A DNA stretch of 60,583 nucleotides from Candidatus Omnitrophota bacterium. GTDB taxonomy: Bacteria; Omnitrophota; Omnitrophia; Omnitrophales; Aquincolibacteriaceae. The stretch is from contig JAYTHE010000016.1 in assembly GCA_043732705.1 (NCBI GenBank), positions 1 to 60,583 on the forward strand. Direction: 5' to 3'. Position 1 is the stretch's first letter; each line of letters starts with the position of its first letter. The notes beneath the pieces are model-generated. The model did no database searches and was not told where the DNA came from. It was given only the letters and a program-made list of their open reading frames with translations. The position numbers and the translations under genes are program-made. Below are positions 1 through 9,145 of the stretch, one piece after another.

Positions 1-318
1 ATGGGTAAAAAACTTTATGTAGGTAATCTTCCATATTCCGCCAACGATCAAACTCTCTCGCAGATGTTTGCTCAATGCGGAAACGTTGCTTCGGCAATGG
101 TAATTATGGACCGTGAATCGGGTCGCAGCAAGGGTTTCGGCTTTGTCGAAATGTCCTCTGATGCAGAAGCCAGCGCGGCAATTGAAAAGCTCAACGGCAA
201 AGATCTTGATGGTCGCGCCTTGACTGTAAACGAAGCGAAGCCTCAGGCTCCTCGTGAAAACCGCGGTGGCGGTGGATACGGCGGCGGCGGTGGTGGCGGC
301 GGATACAATCGCCGTTAA
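1..318 (+). CDS. RRM-domain RNA-binding protein with Gly-rich tail
   Basis: RNP2 LYVGNL and RNP1 KGFGFVEM motifs; C-terminal GGGGYGGG. Confidence 0.95.
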   Translation: MGKKLYVGNLPYSANDQTLSQMFAQCGNVASAMVIMDRESGRSKGFGFVEMSSDAEASAAIEKLNGKDLDGRALTVNEAKPQAPRENRGGGGYGGGGGGGGYNRR

Positions 319-345
319 TCTCGCAAGCTGATCCTAATCAGTTTT

Positions 346-380
346 AAAAAGCCGGGTTGCGAAAGCAACTCGGCTTTTTT
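346..380 (+). terminator. Rho-independent terminator (bidirectional-type)
   Basis: AAAAA-GCCGGGTTGC-GAAA-GCAACTCGGC-TTTTTT downstream of the RRM stop. Confidence 0.85.
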
Positions 381-429
381 GTTTCCTGTCTTATTGAGCG
401 CGCGGCTAACTGCGTCAACTCGACGTGAG

Positions 430-456
430 CCGGACTAGAAATAGTCCGGTTTTTTT
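430..456 (+). terminator. Second terminator-like hairpin
   Basis: CCGGACTA-GAAA-TAGTCCGG followed by a T run. Confidence 0.7.
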
Positions 457-577
457 GTGTCTATTTCTGCTCTTAAAGAAATGTTTGAGTAATTGAAAAT
501 GATTGCTAACGGGATTTTCTTTTGCGTGGTCACTTCTTCCCATTCAAGCGAAGCTTGAACAAGCCCCTAGCGAATAC

Positions 578-658
578 GGTTCAAAATAAGAAAACCCCAA
601 GCCGAGTTCTGCCCGTAGAGGCAGCTGTCTGAGGATTGGGGTTTTCTTATTTTGAACC
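578..658. repeat. 81-bp element with a perfect 23-bp inverted repeat (MITE-like)
   Basis: GGTTCAAAATAAGAAAACCCCAA (578-600) is the exact reverse complement of 636-658; inner CTGCC/GGCAG mini-hairpin. Confidence 0.8.
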
Positions 659-1413
659 TAAATGAGCGATAATCCTCCGTCTGCGATGATGGTCTGCCCG
701 ACAATCCACTCAGCGGCGGGGGAAACTAAAAAGCCGACAACTTTGGCGATATCTTCTGGTTTGCCGATTCTCCCAGCGGGAGTTCTGGCAATGCAATCTT
801 GCTTGAATTTTTCGGCATCCGGAAAATGTTTAATGGCATCCGTGTCAATCGGACCGCCTGAAACTGCGTTGACGCGAATTCCTTTCGGGCGCAGCTCGAC
901 CGCCAAGTAACGGATCAGGGATTCCAGCGTAGCTTTGGAAACGCCGATAGCGCCATAATTCGGGATGTATTGAATCGCTCCCAGGCTTGAAAGCGCGATG
1001 ATATTTCCGGAACCGCGCTTTTCCATGTCCTTTAAAACAGCTTTGGCAAGCACAAATAAGGCGCGTGCGTTGATATTCATGGTCAAGTCCCATTGATTCA
1101 ATCTTGTTTGATGCGTGGGCTTAAAGGAGCCCAAAGCGGCGTTATGAATCAGCACGTCAATTCGTCCAAAACGGGCTAAAGTGTCTTGAACCAGCTTTTC
1201 GCAAATTTCAGCTTCGCCGGCATTGCCTTGAAAAATTTCGGCAGCCACTTTTTTTTGTTTAACGGCTTCAGCGACTTCTTTTGCCGCTTGCTCATTGGAG
1301 AGGTAATTGACCGCGATGGAATAGCCTTGGCCTGCCAGCTGAAGCGCGATCGCTTTTCCGATACCGCGCGAAGCGCCTGTGATTAATGCAACCGGAGCGG
1401 AAGATGAGGTCAT
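658..1413 (-). CDS. fabL: SDR, FabL-like enoyl-ACP reductase
   Basis: TGASRGIG, HNAALG, SLGA, Y...GVSKATLESLIRYLAVEL resemble the FabL pattern rather than FabG. Confidence 0.7.
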   Translation of the reverse strand: MTSSSAPVALITGASRGIGKAIALQLAGQGYSIAVNYLSNEQAAKEVAEAVKQKKVAAEIFQGNAGEAEICEKLVQDTLARFGRIDVLIHNAALGSFKPTHQTRLNQWDLTMNINARALFVLAKAVLKDMEKRGSGNIIALSSLGAIQYIPNYGAIGVSKATLESLIRYLAVELRPKGIRVNAVSGGPIDTDAIKHFPDAEKFKQDCIARTPAGRIGKPEDIAKVVGFLVSPAAEWIVGQTIIADGGLSLI

Positions 1414-1474
1414 GGCTGAATTTTCCTTTGTTAAAGCGGCTTTAAACTTTTTCTAGGGGGTCTTTAAGCCCGTA

Positions 1475-1483
1475 TGCTATAAT
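1475..1483 (+). promoter_or_regulatory. Extended -10 promoter element
   Basis: TGCTATAAT upstream of the lipid operon. Confidence 0.5.
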
Positions 1484-1518
1484 TTCGCCCAATTTTTGGA
1501 CTATTTCTGAAGGCGTAA

Positions 1519-2157
1519 TTGAAGTCATTATATCAGAATATTCGACACTGCCAGCGCCGGACTCTCGAGTTTTTGGTGAAGCGGTTTTTCGCCGGTTCTC
1601 TGCGAAAGAGGGCAGGCGGAGTTGTCGCTATTTTCGCGGGCTGGTTTGAGCAGCCCGGCACGTGGCTTGATGTCGGCGGAAGCTGGGGCTTTTGTGCCGC
1701 GGAGCTGAAACAGCGCGGATTCGATGCATGGGTCGTGGATGTTGTCAGGCCGGCGGTTCAAGCCGTACCGGTTTTAGTTTATCCCGGCGACAGGCTTCCT
1801 TTTGAAGATGCGAGTTGGGATGTTGTATCGATGATTACGATGCTGCATCATGTTCCGGAGCCGGCGGCGCTCGTACGCGAAGCGGCGCGCGTGTCAAAGA
1901 AGTATGTATTGCTTGCAGAAGACCTTGATGGCTTCGGCGGCAGATTTTGGACTGTTTTGAGGGATATGGTTTTTAATCTCGAGTTTATCGGGCATCCCAA
2001 GCAGTTTCGTAAAGAAAAAGAATGGCCGGTTTTTTTCGCAGAGCAGGGTTTGAAACTAGTAAGATTTGAAAAAGTCATTACAAGCCTGCTTGGGATTAAA
2101 ATCGAAAACGGTTTTTATTTGTTCGAGAAGAAGAGTCTCGAGCACAATGTCACATGA
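1519..2157 (+). CDS. Class I SAM-dependent methyltransferase
   Basis: LDVGGSWG motif I; LPFEDASWDVV; LHHV. Confidence 0.85.
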   Translation: MKSLYQNIRHCQRRTLEFLVKRFFAGSLRKRAGGVVAIFAGWFEQPGTWLDVGGSWGFCAAELKQRGFDAWVVDVVRPAVQAVPVLVYPGDRLPFEDASWDVVSMITMLHHVPEPAALVREAARVSKKYVLLAEDLDGFGGRFWTVLRDMVFNLEFIGHPKQFRKEKEWPVFFAEQGLKLVRFEKVITSLLGIKIENGFYLFEKKSLEHNVT

Positions 2158-2516
2158 CCGCTTACGTGATTCAAAACGCGGATGTGAACCGGGCGGAACA
2201 GATTGTTCTGTCGCAGGGAATGGTGCTGAAAGACACGGAAGTTTGGAAACATCATTTTCCGGGATTTCCGGTTCTGCCGGGTGTGCTGATGCTTGATTTG
2301 CTGAAAGCCACGGCTGAAAAATGGTACGGAGCCGGTTTAAAAGTTCAGAATGTGCGCCGCGTCCGGTTTTCAAATTACTTGAAGCCCGGAGCTGAGTGGC
2401 AAGCCAAGATGCGATTGGAAAGTTTAAGTTCTGAAGGCGACCGCTGGGGCGGCGAAATTTTGTCAGCAGGCGTTAAAATGGCGTCGGCTATTTTAACTTT
2501 GAGCGTAAAGGGATAG
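2154..2516 (+). CDS. FabA/FabZ-like hot-dog dehydratase
   Basis: HHFPGFPVLPGVLMLD catalytic motif; VRF..YLKPG. Confidence 0.85.
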   Translation: MTAYVIQNADVNRAEQIVLSQGMVLKDTEVWKHHFPGFPVLPGVLMLDLLKATAEKWYGAGLKVQNVRRVRFSNYLKPGAEWQAKMRLESLSSEGDRWGGEILSAGVKMASAILTLSVKG

Positions 2517-2521
2517 ATATC

Positions 2522-2923
2522 ATGGATCAAAATCAGATTTTAGAAAAAGTCAGCGAAATTCTTACCAATGCTTTGGGCGTGGATGCGGCCGAAATTACTC
2601 CCGCGGCGTCTTTAACGCGCGACTTGGGCGCGGAATCCATCGACTTTATTGATATTGTTTTCCGCCTCGAAAAGGCCTTTGACATCAAAATTCCGTCGGG
2701 TGATCTTTTTCCCGGCAATATTTTGAATAATGAACAATTCATTTTAAACGGAATCGTTACTGAAGCGGGCTTAGCGGAACTAAAAAAGAAGCTGCCGTAC
2801 TTACGCGTTGAAGATTTTTCAAAAAATCCGAAAGTAACGGAGTTGGCTTACTTTTTTGATGTCCAAATGCTTCTCGATTATCTGCGCGACCGCCTTAACA
2901 ATCCGCAGAATGCCGCAACGTAA
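2522..2923 (+). CDS. Acyl carrier protein, long form (133 aa)
   Basis: DLGAESIDF phosphopantetheine site; about 50-aa insertion after FDIKIP. Confidence 0.9.
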   Translation: MDQNQILEKVSEILTNALGVDAAEITPAASLTRDLGAESIDFIDIVFRLEKAFDIKIPSGDLFPGNILNNEQFILNGIVTEAGLAELKKKLPYLRVEDFSKNPKVTELAYFFDVQMLLDYLRDRLNNPQNAAT

Positions 2924-3437
2924 GCCACGAGGCCCGAGGCCCGGGGCCCGAGTTACGATAAGAAAAAAAGCAGTACGAGTTTCTGATAACCCTCCGGCCT
3001 CCGGCCTCCGGCCTGAGTTGGTTGGAATTGGCATTGACCTTCTCTCATTAAACCGTGCACATGATTTGTTGAGGCGCCATGGCCGCTCATTTCTGGACCG
3101 CATTCTTGCTTCAAGTGAAAAAATCCAAAAACCTGTTTGTTCAGCATTGCAGCTGGCGCGTTATTTCACGGCCAAAGAAGCTTTTTTTAAAGCGTCCGGC
3201 CTGCCATGGAATGATGTAAAAGGTTTTTCGGGAATGTGGATTGAGAAAATCCGCGGCAAGAAATTTGAAATGGGCTGCGTGGATTCCGGCCTTAAAGGTT
3301 CCGGGGAATTTTTTAAGCGCGGTGATATTTGGGGCGCGAAGGTGATTACGTGGAACAGTTTTATTCTGCCTCTGAACCGTCGGTTCAACCGGCGCCGCTC
3401 CGCATCGCGGAGTTTTAAAGTGAGGATTGAGAAATGA
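2910..3437 (+). CDS. acpS: Holo-ACP synthase (AcpS-type PPTase) with repeat-derived termini
   Basis: GIGIDLL and ARYFTAKEAFFKA motifs; start uncertain (ATG 2910 or TTG 3018). Confidence 0.8.
   Translation: MPQRKPRGPRPGARVTIRKKAVRVSDNPPASGLRPELVGIGIDLLSLNRAHDLLRRHGRSFLDRILASSEKIQKPVCSALQLARYFTAKEAFFKASGLPWNDVKGFSGMWIEKIRGKKFEMGCVDSGLKGSGEFFKRGDIWGAKVITWNSFILPLNRRFNRRRSASRSFKVRIEK
2925..3014. repeat. Family E heptamer tracts, inverted pair
   Basis: (GGCCCGA)n at 2925-2952 and (CCTCCGG)3 at 2991-3014. Confidence 0.75.
3369..3392 (+). repeat. Family A hairpin repeat in the acpS 3' end
   Basis: CCTC-TGAACC-GTC-GGTTCA-ACCGG. Confidence 0.85.
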
Positions 3438-3880
3438 GTAATCAAGACTCATTAATCGGCTGGAGAATTTTGTCGGCGATTGATGAAGTGGTTCCTGGAA
3501 AACATGCTAAGGCACGCGCCGAAAATTGGAACTCGGATTACGCACCCGAATTTTTGATGCTGGAGATGATGGCGCAAACGGGCGGTTTGGTAGTCGGAGC
3601 AGTACGGGACTTTTCCGGAAATGTCATTTTTGCGAAAGTGGAGTCAGCTGAGTTTACGGTGTCCGCGCAAGGTGAAATGAAGATAGAAGCTTTTGCGCAT
3701 GACGGTGTTTCTGAGCAGGGTTCATGGATTGAGGCGCATGTTTTGAGCGGAGAACAAAAGATCGCGTCCGCACGCTTTTTTCTGATTGATGCGGGTGATT
3801 TGAGCGGAACCGGAAAGTCACTGACTTTTCATCAAGAGTTTTTGGATTATTATCAAATACGTAAAAAGACTAAAGACTAA
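3434..3880 (+). CDS. FabZ-like protein, degenerate (no catalytic His)
   Basis: IDEV...PEFLMLEMMAQTGG; hot-dog pattern lacking HFP. Confidence 0.7.
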   Translation: MSNQDSLIGWRILSAIDEVVPGKHAKARAENWNSDYAPEFLMLEMMAQTGGLVVGAVRDFSGNVIFAKVESAEFTVSAQGEMKIEAFAHDGVSEQGSWIEAHVLSGEQKIASARFFLIDAGDLSGTGKSLTFHQEFLDYYQIRKKTKD

Positions 3881-3892
3881 AGACCAGAGACT
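3865..3892. repeat. Family E heptamer tract
   Basis: AAAGACT AAAGACT AAAGACC AGAGACT spanning the stop codon and ending at the next ATG. Confidence 0.75.
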
Positions 3893-3893
3893 A

Positions 3894-5081
3894 ATGAAGC
3901 AACGTGTTGTGATTACAGGGTTGGGGGTTTTAAGCGCTTGCGGTGCGGGCTGGAAACCTTTTTGGGATTCTTGTTTGGAAGGACGTCCGGCACTGCGTCC
4001 GCTGACACTTTTACCGTCGATGATGGGCGGCGAAGTGCCCAATTTTGATCCGAAGCTGTATGTCAAAAACCGTAAAAATATTAAATTGATGTCCCGCGAT
4101 ATTCAATTCGCGGTTGCCGCTTCAAAATTAGCTTTTGAAGACGCGGGTATTGATATTCAAACGCTTGATCTCGCGAAGAGCGGTGTGGTTATCGGCTCAT
4201 GTGTAATCAATAACGAATTGGAAGAGCTTGCGGCGGGGTATCAAAAAGCGGTTTTGCCTGACGGATCTTTTTCGATGCCGAAATTTGGCAGCGAAGGTTC
4301 GACCTCATTTTTTCCGCTTTGGATGTTGAAGTATTTACCAAACATGCCCGCGAGCCATGTCACGATTGAATTTGGATTACGCGGCTATTCCAATACCGTC
4401 ACTTTTTCAGCCGCATCCGGCGCGCAAGCGATTGGCGAAGCCGCACGCGTGATTGAACGCGGAGACGCGGAAGTGATGCTGGCAGGCGGAGCGGATTCAA
4501 AATTAAACCCTATGGGGATTTCCCGTTTTGAACTATTTAAAATGTTATCGCCGACAAATCGGCACCAAGTTTTTTCTGAAGACGCGGATGGGATGGTGGC
4601 GGGGGAAGGCGCAGGCGTTTTGGTTTTAGAATCGCTCGAGCACGCGCAGAAGCGCAACGCTAAAATTTACGCGGAGTTTTGTGGTTTTGGTTCCGCGCCC
4701 GACGGTAATAGCAGCCCAGTTCAACATTCTGATGGTTCAGGAAAAGAAAAAGCCATGCGCAGGGCTGTGGCTGATGCGCATATTTCTTTTGCGCAGTTAG
4801 ATGCGGTCATTGCTAATGGCAGCGGATTGCGCGAGCATGACCGCCTGGAAGAAAACGCGTTGAAAGCTTGTTTGACGAAAGGTATTTATGTCGCTGCTTT
4901 GAAACCACTTATCGGTCATACAGTTTATGCCGCCGGGGGAATTGAAAGCGCAGCGGCGGCGGCAGCGATTTATGAAAATAAATTCCCTTCCGCGCAAAAA
5001 GAAATATCATCCGTACTTATTAATTCATTCGGTTTTTGCGGGCAAAATACCGCGCTTGTTTTGAGGAAATTTAAAGCATGA
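3894..5081 (+). CDS. Ketosynthase-like protein lacking the catalytic Cys (chain-length-factor-like)
   Basis: FabF fold (RVVITGLG, GEGAG, NSFGF); TFSAASG replaces TACAS; ANGSG replaces AHGTS. Confidence 0.85.
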   Translation: MKQRVVITGLGVLSACGAGWKPFWDSCLEGRPALRPLTLLPSMMGGEVPNFDPKLYVKNRKNIKLMSRDIQFAVAASKLAFEDAGIDIQTLDLAKSGVVIGSCVINNELEELAAGYQKAVLPDGSFSMPKFGSEGSTSFFPLWMLKYLPNMPASHVTIEFGLRGYSNTVTFSAASGAQAIGEAARVIERGDAEVMLAGGADSKLNPMGISRFELFKMLSPTNRHQVFSEDADGMVAGEGAGVLVLESLEHAQKRNAKIYAEFCGFGSAPDGNSSPVQHSDGSGKEKAMRRAVADAHISFAQLDAVIANGSGLREHDRLEENALKACLTKGIYVAALKPLIGHTVYAAGGIESAAAAAAIYENKFPSAQKEISSVLINSFGFCGQNTALVLRKFKA

Positions 5082-6364
5082 ATCATTTAAGACGTGTTGT
5101 TGTGACAGGCATGGGCGCGGTTACACCTTTGGCCTGCGACTTGGAAACAACCTGGAAAAAAATTCTGGCCGGTGAGTCGGGTATTGATTTGATTAAAATT
5201 TTTGATGCTTCCGGATTCGCGACGCGCATTGCCGGAGAAGTTAAAAACTTTCCATTCCAAAAATGGCGCAGCCGCGACCCGCTTTTGAAAGATGCTTTCC
5301 GCGGAACTTTTTTCGCGTTGGAAGCGGCGGAAGAAGCTTTGAAGTTGTCGGGGCTGCAAAAGGGCCAATATGATAGCGAACGTTTTGGTATTTATTTCGC
5401 GGCAGGTGACAGTGGTACTGACTCTAAAGGTTTTGCGCGGACATTAACTTCGGCTTCCACGCCTGAGGGTAAAGTGGACGCGAATCTTTATATACAAAAC
5501 GCGCAAAAATATTTGTCCGGCGGTCTTGAGCTTGAATCACAATCGTTTATGACAGTGAGCCATCTCGCGCGGATTTTTGAATTACGCGGGCCCGTGTCGA
5601 ATTGCATCACTGCCTGCGCGGCATCTTTGCAGGCTTTAGGCGAGGGCTTTGAATTAATCAAGCGCGGAGACGCGGACTTGATGCTGGCCGGCGGATCCAA
5701 TTCCATGATTTATCCATTGGGGATTTCAGGATTTAGTCTTTTGACGGCACTTTCGAAACGTAATGATGATCCTCAAAGAGCGTCGCGCCCTTTTGATAAA
5801 AACCGTGATGGATTTGTCATGGCCGAAGGAGGGGGCGTGATGGTGTTGGAAGAGTATGAGCATGCCAAAAAGCGCGGCGTTAAGATTATCGGAGAAATTC
5901 TCAGCCAAGGTTGCACCGCCGATGCTTACCGTTTAACGGATATGGACCCTGAAGTCAAAGGCGCAGCCGATGCTGTAACGCAAGCCCTCAGGAAATCCGG
6001 TTTACAGCCTTCGGAAATTGACTATATTAGTGCCCACGGAACTTCCACTTCGGTCAATGACGCGTCTGAAACGCGGGTGATTAAGAAAGTTTTTGGGGAT
6101 GCGGCGAAAAAGGTTCCGATGAGTTCGATCAAGTCGCAGCTTGGGCATATGATAACGGCCTCAGGTGTTGTTGCTGCGCAAACTTGTTTGCTTGCGATGC
6201 GCGACTCGATACTCCCGCCGACGATTAATTTAACCGAACCGGATCCCGAATGTGATTTAGACTATGTTCCGAATCACGCGCGCCAAGCCGTGGTCAATGC
6301 GGCCGTTGCGAACTCGTTTGGCTTTGGCGGGCAAAATGTTTGCCTTGTTCTAAAAAAATATTAG
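5078..6364 (+). CDS. fabF: Beta-ketoacyl-ACP synthase II
   Basis: TACAAS, SAHGTST, KSQLGH, NSFGFGGQN. Confidence 0.92.
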   Translation: MNHLRRVVVTGMGAVTPLACDLETTWKKILAGESGIDLIKIFDASGFATRIAGEVKNFPFQKWRSRDPLLKDAFRGTFFALEAAEEALKLSGLQKGQYDSERFGIYFAAGDSGTDSKGFARTLTSASTPEGKVDANLYIQNAQKYLSGGLELESQSFMTVSHLARIFELRGPVSNCITACAASLQALGEGFELIKRGDADLMLAGGSNSMIYPLGISGFSLLTALSKRNDDPQRASRPFDKNRDGFVMAEGGGVMVLEEYEHAKKRGVKIIGEILSQGCTADAYRLTDMDPEVKGAADAVTQALRKSGLQPSEIDYISAHGTSTSVNDASETRVIKKVFGDAAKKVPMSSIKSQLGHMITASGVVAAQTCLLAMRDSILPPTINLTEPDPECDLDYVPNHARQAVVNAAVANSFGFGGQNVCLVLKKY

Positions 6365-6399
6365 TAAAATTTCTGACCGCGTAGGTCCTAGAGGGTGAA

Positions 6400-7491
6400 G
6401 TGAAAAGAAAATTATTTATTACAGGTTCAACCGGTGTTTTAGGCCGCGACCTCGTGAAGCAAATTCTGGAAGAAACCGAAGACGAAGTTGTTTTGCTCGC
6501 GCGTTCATCGCATAAGCATACGGCGGAGCAGCGTGTTAAGAAACTCCTCGACGGTAAAATAAAATCCGAACAATTCGCGCGGATTCGAATCGTGGAGGGC
6601 GACGTCACGCTTCCCAATTTGGGCCTGCATGAGCAATTGGTTCAAAGTCTTTCAAATGAAATTGATGATTTTTATCATATCGCTGCGCTCACGGCATTGA
6701 ATGGCACGGAAGAAGATTGCATGCGTATCAATTTTTCCGGTACCGAACAAGCTTTGCATATCGCGCGTATCTGGCGTTTTAAAGGTAAATTACAAAAGTT
6801 TATTTATTTCAGCACGGCCTATGTCGCCGGCAGCCTTAAGAAATGCCACTCGCGTGAAAATAGTTTGCCGGCTAGCCCGGGCCACGCCAATTTTTATGAG
6901 TCGAGCAAATATCGCTCTGAAACCAAAGTGCGTGAGGCAATGAGCGAAGGCTTGCCCGTGATTATTATTCGTCCGAGTATCGTCGTGGGGCATTCCAAAA
7001 CGGGCGAAGTCTCCGACTTCAATGTGATTTACCCTTTCTTTAAGCTTTTCGCGCATGGCGTCATTTCAAAGTTAGTCGGGCGCCGCCATCACCGGTTCAA
7101 TATTGTTCCGATTGATTTCGTAATTCACGGCACGATGGCACTTGTTAAAAATCCCGCGAATATCGGGAAAGCGTTTCACCTAGTCGCGAAAGACCCGCCG
7201 ACCATCGGCATGCTGCTTGATTTAAAAGATGAAGTTTATCCGAAAGTTCCGCCGATTGAGCTTGTGGATCCGGATGACTTTGACCCCGATTGCTTAAAGC
7301 CGGATGAGAAGTATGTTTTTGATATGCTGCGGCCTTATCTCGGCTATTCAAATGATTTATTGACCTTTGACACCACAGAAACCGAAAAAGCCCTCAAAGG
7401 CACCGGCGTTAACTTTCCGGTAACGGACCAACAATTTCTCAGAACTTTGATCGGTTATGCCGTGAAAGTCGGCTATTTAGTGGTGAATTAA
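6400..7491 (+). CDS. Extended SDR, thioester / fatty-acyl reductase-like (NAD_binding_4 type)
   Basis: ITGSTGVLG, GDVTLPNLGL, HIAA, STAYVAG, YESSK, RPSIVVG. Confidence 0.85.
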   Translation: MKRKLFITGSTGVLGRDLVKQILEETEDEVVLLARSSHKHTAEQRVKKLLDGKIKSEQFARIRIVEGDVTLPNLGLHEQLVQSLSNEIDDFYHIAALTALNGTEEDCMRINFSGTEQALHIARIWRFKGKLQKFIYFSTAYVAGSLKKCHSRENSLPASPGHANFYESSKYRSETKVREAMSEGLPVIIIRPSIVVGHSKTGEVSDFNVIYPFFKLFAHGVISKLVGRRHHRFNIVPIDFVIHGTMALVKNPANIGKAFHLVAKDPPTIGMLLDLKDEVYPKVPPIELVDPDDFDPDCLKPDEKYVFDMLRPYLGYSNDLLTFDTTETEKALKGTGVNFPVTDQQFLRTLIGYAVKVGYLVVN

Positions 7492-7494
7492 ATG

Positions 7495-7617
7495 AGCTCG
7501 TTGAAAATGGCTCATCTGCTTTGTCACAAATTTCGTAACGCTCGTGCGACGTAGGTTTCTACTACGCCTCCTCGGTTACTCATTTGTTCCTCGCATCTAA
7601 TCCATTTTGAACGAGCT
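7495..7617. repeat. Family B hairpin element, copy 1
   Basis: Terminal IR AGCTCGTTGAAAATGG/CCATTTTGAACGAGCT (15/16); core GCTCATCTGC..TACGCCTCCTCG..GCATCTAA shared with 11445-11568. Confidence 0.8.
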
Positions 7618-7644
7618 TTTTGAAGCGCAGTTATTTTATTTGCA

Positions 7645-7708
7645 GCATTCAAGGCCGCCGCGAGTTCCGCAGCGAAGCGAGGACTGTTTGAGCGCCGGAC
7701 TTGAATGC
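7645..7708. repeat. REP-like hairpin
   Basis: GCATTCAAG...CTTGAATGC arms around GCGAGTTCCGCAGCGAAGCGAGGACTGTTTGAGCG. Confidence 0.5.
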
Positions 7709-7787
7709 GCGGTCCGTCCGACCGTGGAGGACAAAAGAGGGGTTAGGGAAACTTCCCATTAAAGCCAGACGGCGACTAAGTCTTAAT

Positions 7788-7809
7788 GCGGTTGGGCGAA
7801 GCCTAGAGC
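7788..7809 (-). repeat. Family A hairpin repeat, minus strand
   Basis: Reverse complement reads GCTC-TAGGC-TTC-GCCCA-ACCGC, just 3' of the minus-strand GT2 gene. Confidence 0.75.
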
Positions 7810-7817
7810 AAAAGATA

Positions 7818-9035
7818 TTACCGCCACTTGGTTTTTTCACCGGTAATTGCCATCTTCATCGCATCCAAGAAAATCAGCGCGAGCGCAAAAGCTCCGACAG
7901 CATGTAGTAAAGAATAAACTTTTTTGGCACGTACCACATGTGCAGCTTCCCAGGCTACGATCAAAATATTGAAGATCACAAGGCCTAATAAAAAGTAAGT
8001 AATAAACCATTCTGTTGAATCTTTATAGGAAAGCCAGGCGACAACGGGGAGTAAAACAAAAGGTAAAACGGAGAAGACAATCAGTTCCAGGGCTTTAAAA
8101 AAGAGAGTTAGCGGCGAACGTTCGAAGCCGTGAAGATAAATTCGGCGCCAGCCCCTGCAGATTTTGTTGAGTCCATCATACATATGTGTCCCATAAAGAT
8201 GGGCGCCCATGGCCACAATGCCGCGTCCGCCCATTTGCTTTGTTTTTTTCATCATCGCGAAGTCTTCCAGAAACGCTTCTTTAACGGATTCATGTCCTCC
8301 GATCATTTGATAATGCGAGCGCTTCATCAGGGCGTATTGGCCGTTCGCGAAGTAACGGTCGGAGTCGGGGTTATTGACTTCTTGCGTCGGAAACCAAAGT
8401 CCGATAAATGAAAAAGAGCAGGTTTGGATGACATGCTCCCAAAAACTTTTGGTGACGCATTGGGGCCAAAGAGTTAAATAATCAATTTGATTTTTTGCGG
8501 CATAGTCCACAGTCACGGTCAAACTTCCGGGGTAATGTTCGGTATCGGCATCCGTAAAAAGCAGCCAGTCTCCGTGCGCGTGCGGGATGGCCTGATGCAA
8601 AGCATAGTTTTTTCCGGTCCAGGCTTCGTTGGTTTGTGTGAGGTTGATATATCGAAGCTGCGCACCGGACGCCGTCCCACGGGGAAGTGTTAGGTTTAAC
8701 GCCTCGTGGGACGGCGTCCGACCAATCAATTCTGCTCCGAGGGCTTGAAGGATGCGCTCTGTTCCATCTGAAGAGCGGTCATTAATTACGATGATCTCGT
8801 CTTTGGGGCCGATTTGTGTCAGAAGGGAACGGACGCATATTCCGATATTTTTTTCTTCATTCCGGGCGGGAATGAGGATGCTGACTGAGGGGTGGTCCTC
8901 CCGGCGCGAATCTTTTGCCGGAAAAAGAGTCGGAGTGCTGATTACGGTATGGACCGCGTGAAAGGTGCGGTAAAGCCAAACTCCCGAGAGAATCAGGACC
9001 GGAATCAAGGACCAATGAAAATGCATGGGGGGCAT
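7818..9035 (-). CDS. Membrane GT2 glycosyltransferase (CrtQ/HpnB-like)
   Basis: SILIPARNEE, DRSSDGT, WTGK, FTDAD, NGQY, LED; TM segments at both ends; start uncertain (9026-9065). Confidence 0.85.
   Translation of the reverse strand: MPPMHFHWSLIPVLILSGVWLYRTFHAVHTVISTPTLFPAKDSRREDHPSVSILIPARNEEKNIGICVRSLLTQIGPKDEIIVINDRSSDGTERILQALGAELIGRTPSHEALNLTLPRGTASGAQLRYINLTQTNEAWTGKNYALHQAIPHAHGDWLLFTDADTEHYPGSLTVTVDYAAKNQIDYLTLWPQCVTKSFWEHVIQTCSFSFIGLWFPTQEVNNPDSDRYFANGQYALMKRSHYQMIGGHESVKEAFLEDFAMMKKTKQMGGRGIVAMGAHLYGTHMYDGLNKICRGWRRIYLHGFERSPLTLFFKALELIVFSVLPFVLLPVVAWLSYKDSTEWFITYFLLGLVIFNILIVAWEAAHVVRAKKVYSLLHAVGAFALALIFLDAMKMAITGEKTKWR
8666..8720. repeat. Palindromic insertion inside the GT2 gene
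   Basis: CGGACGCCGTCCCACG...CGTGGGACGGCGTCCG perfect 16-bp IR. Confidence 0.8.
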
Positions 9036-9145
9036 GATATGAAAAAAAAAGGCAAGGAGCCACAAAAAATGTCGAAAATTGTATAATCAGGTATGCTCAA
9101 CGGGGACGGGGTTGTTTTTATTCTCTTTTTAACCGAAAAGTCATT

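Noticed and set aside
506-515. CTAACGGGAT half-site of Family C
   Set aside because: No partner TIR about 100 bp upstream; chance match or remnant
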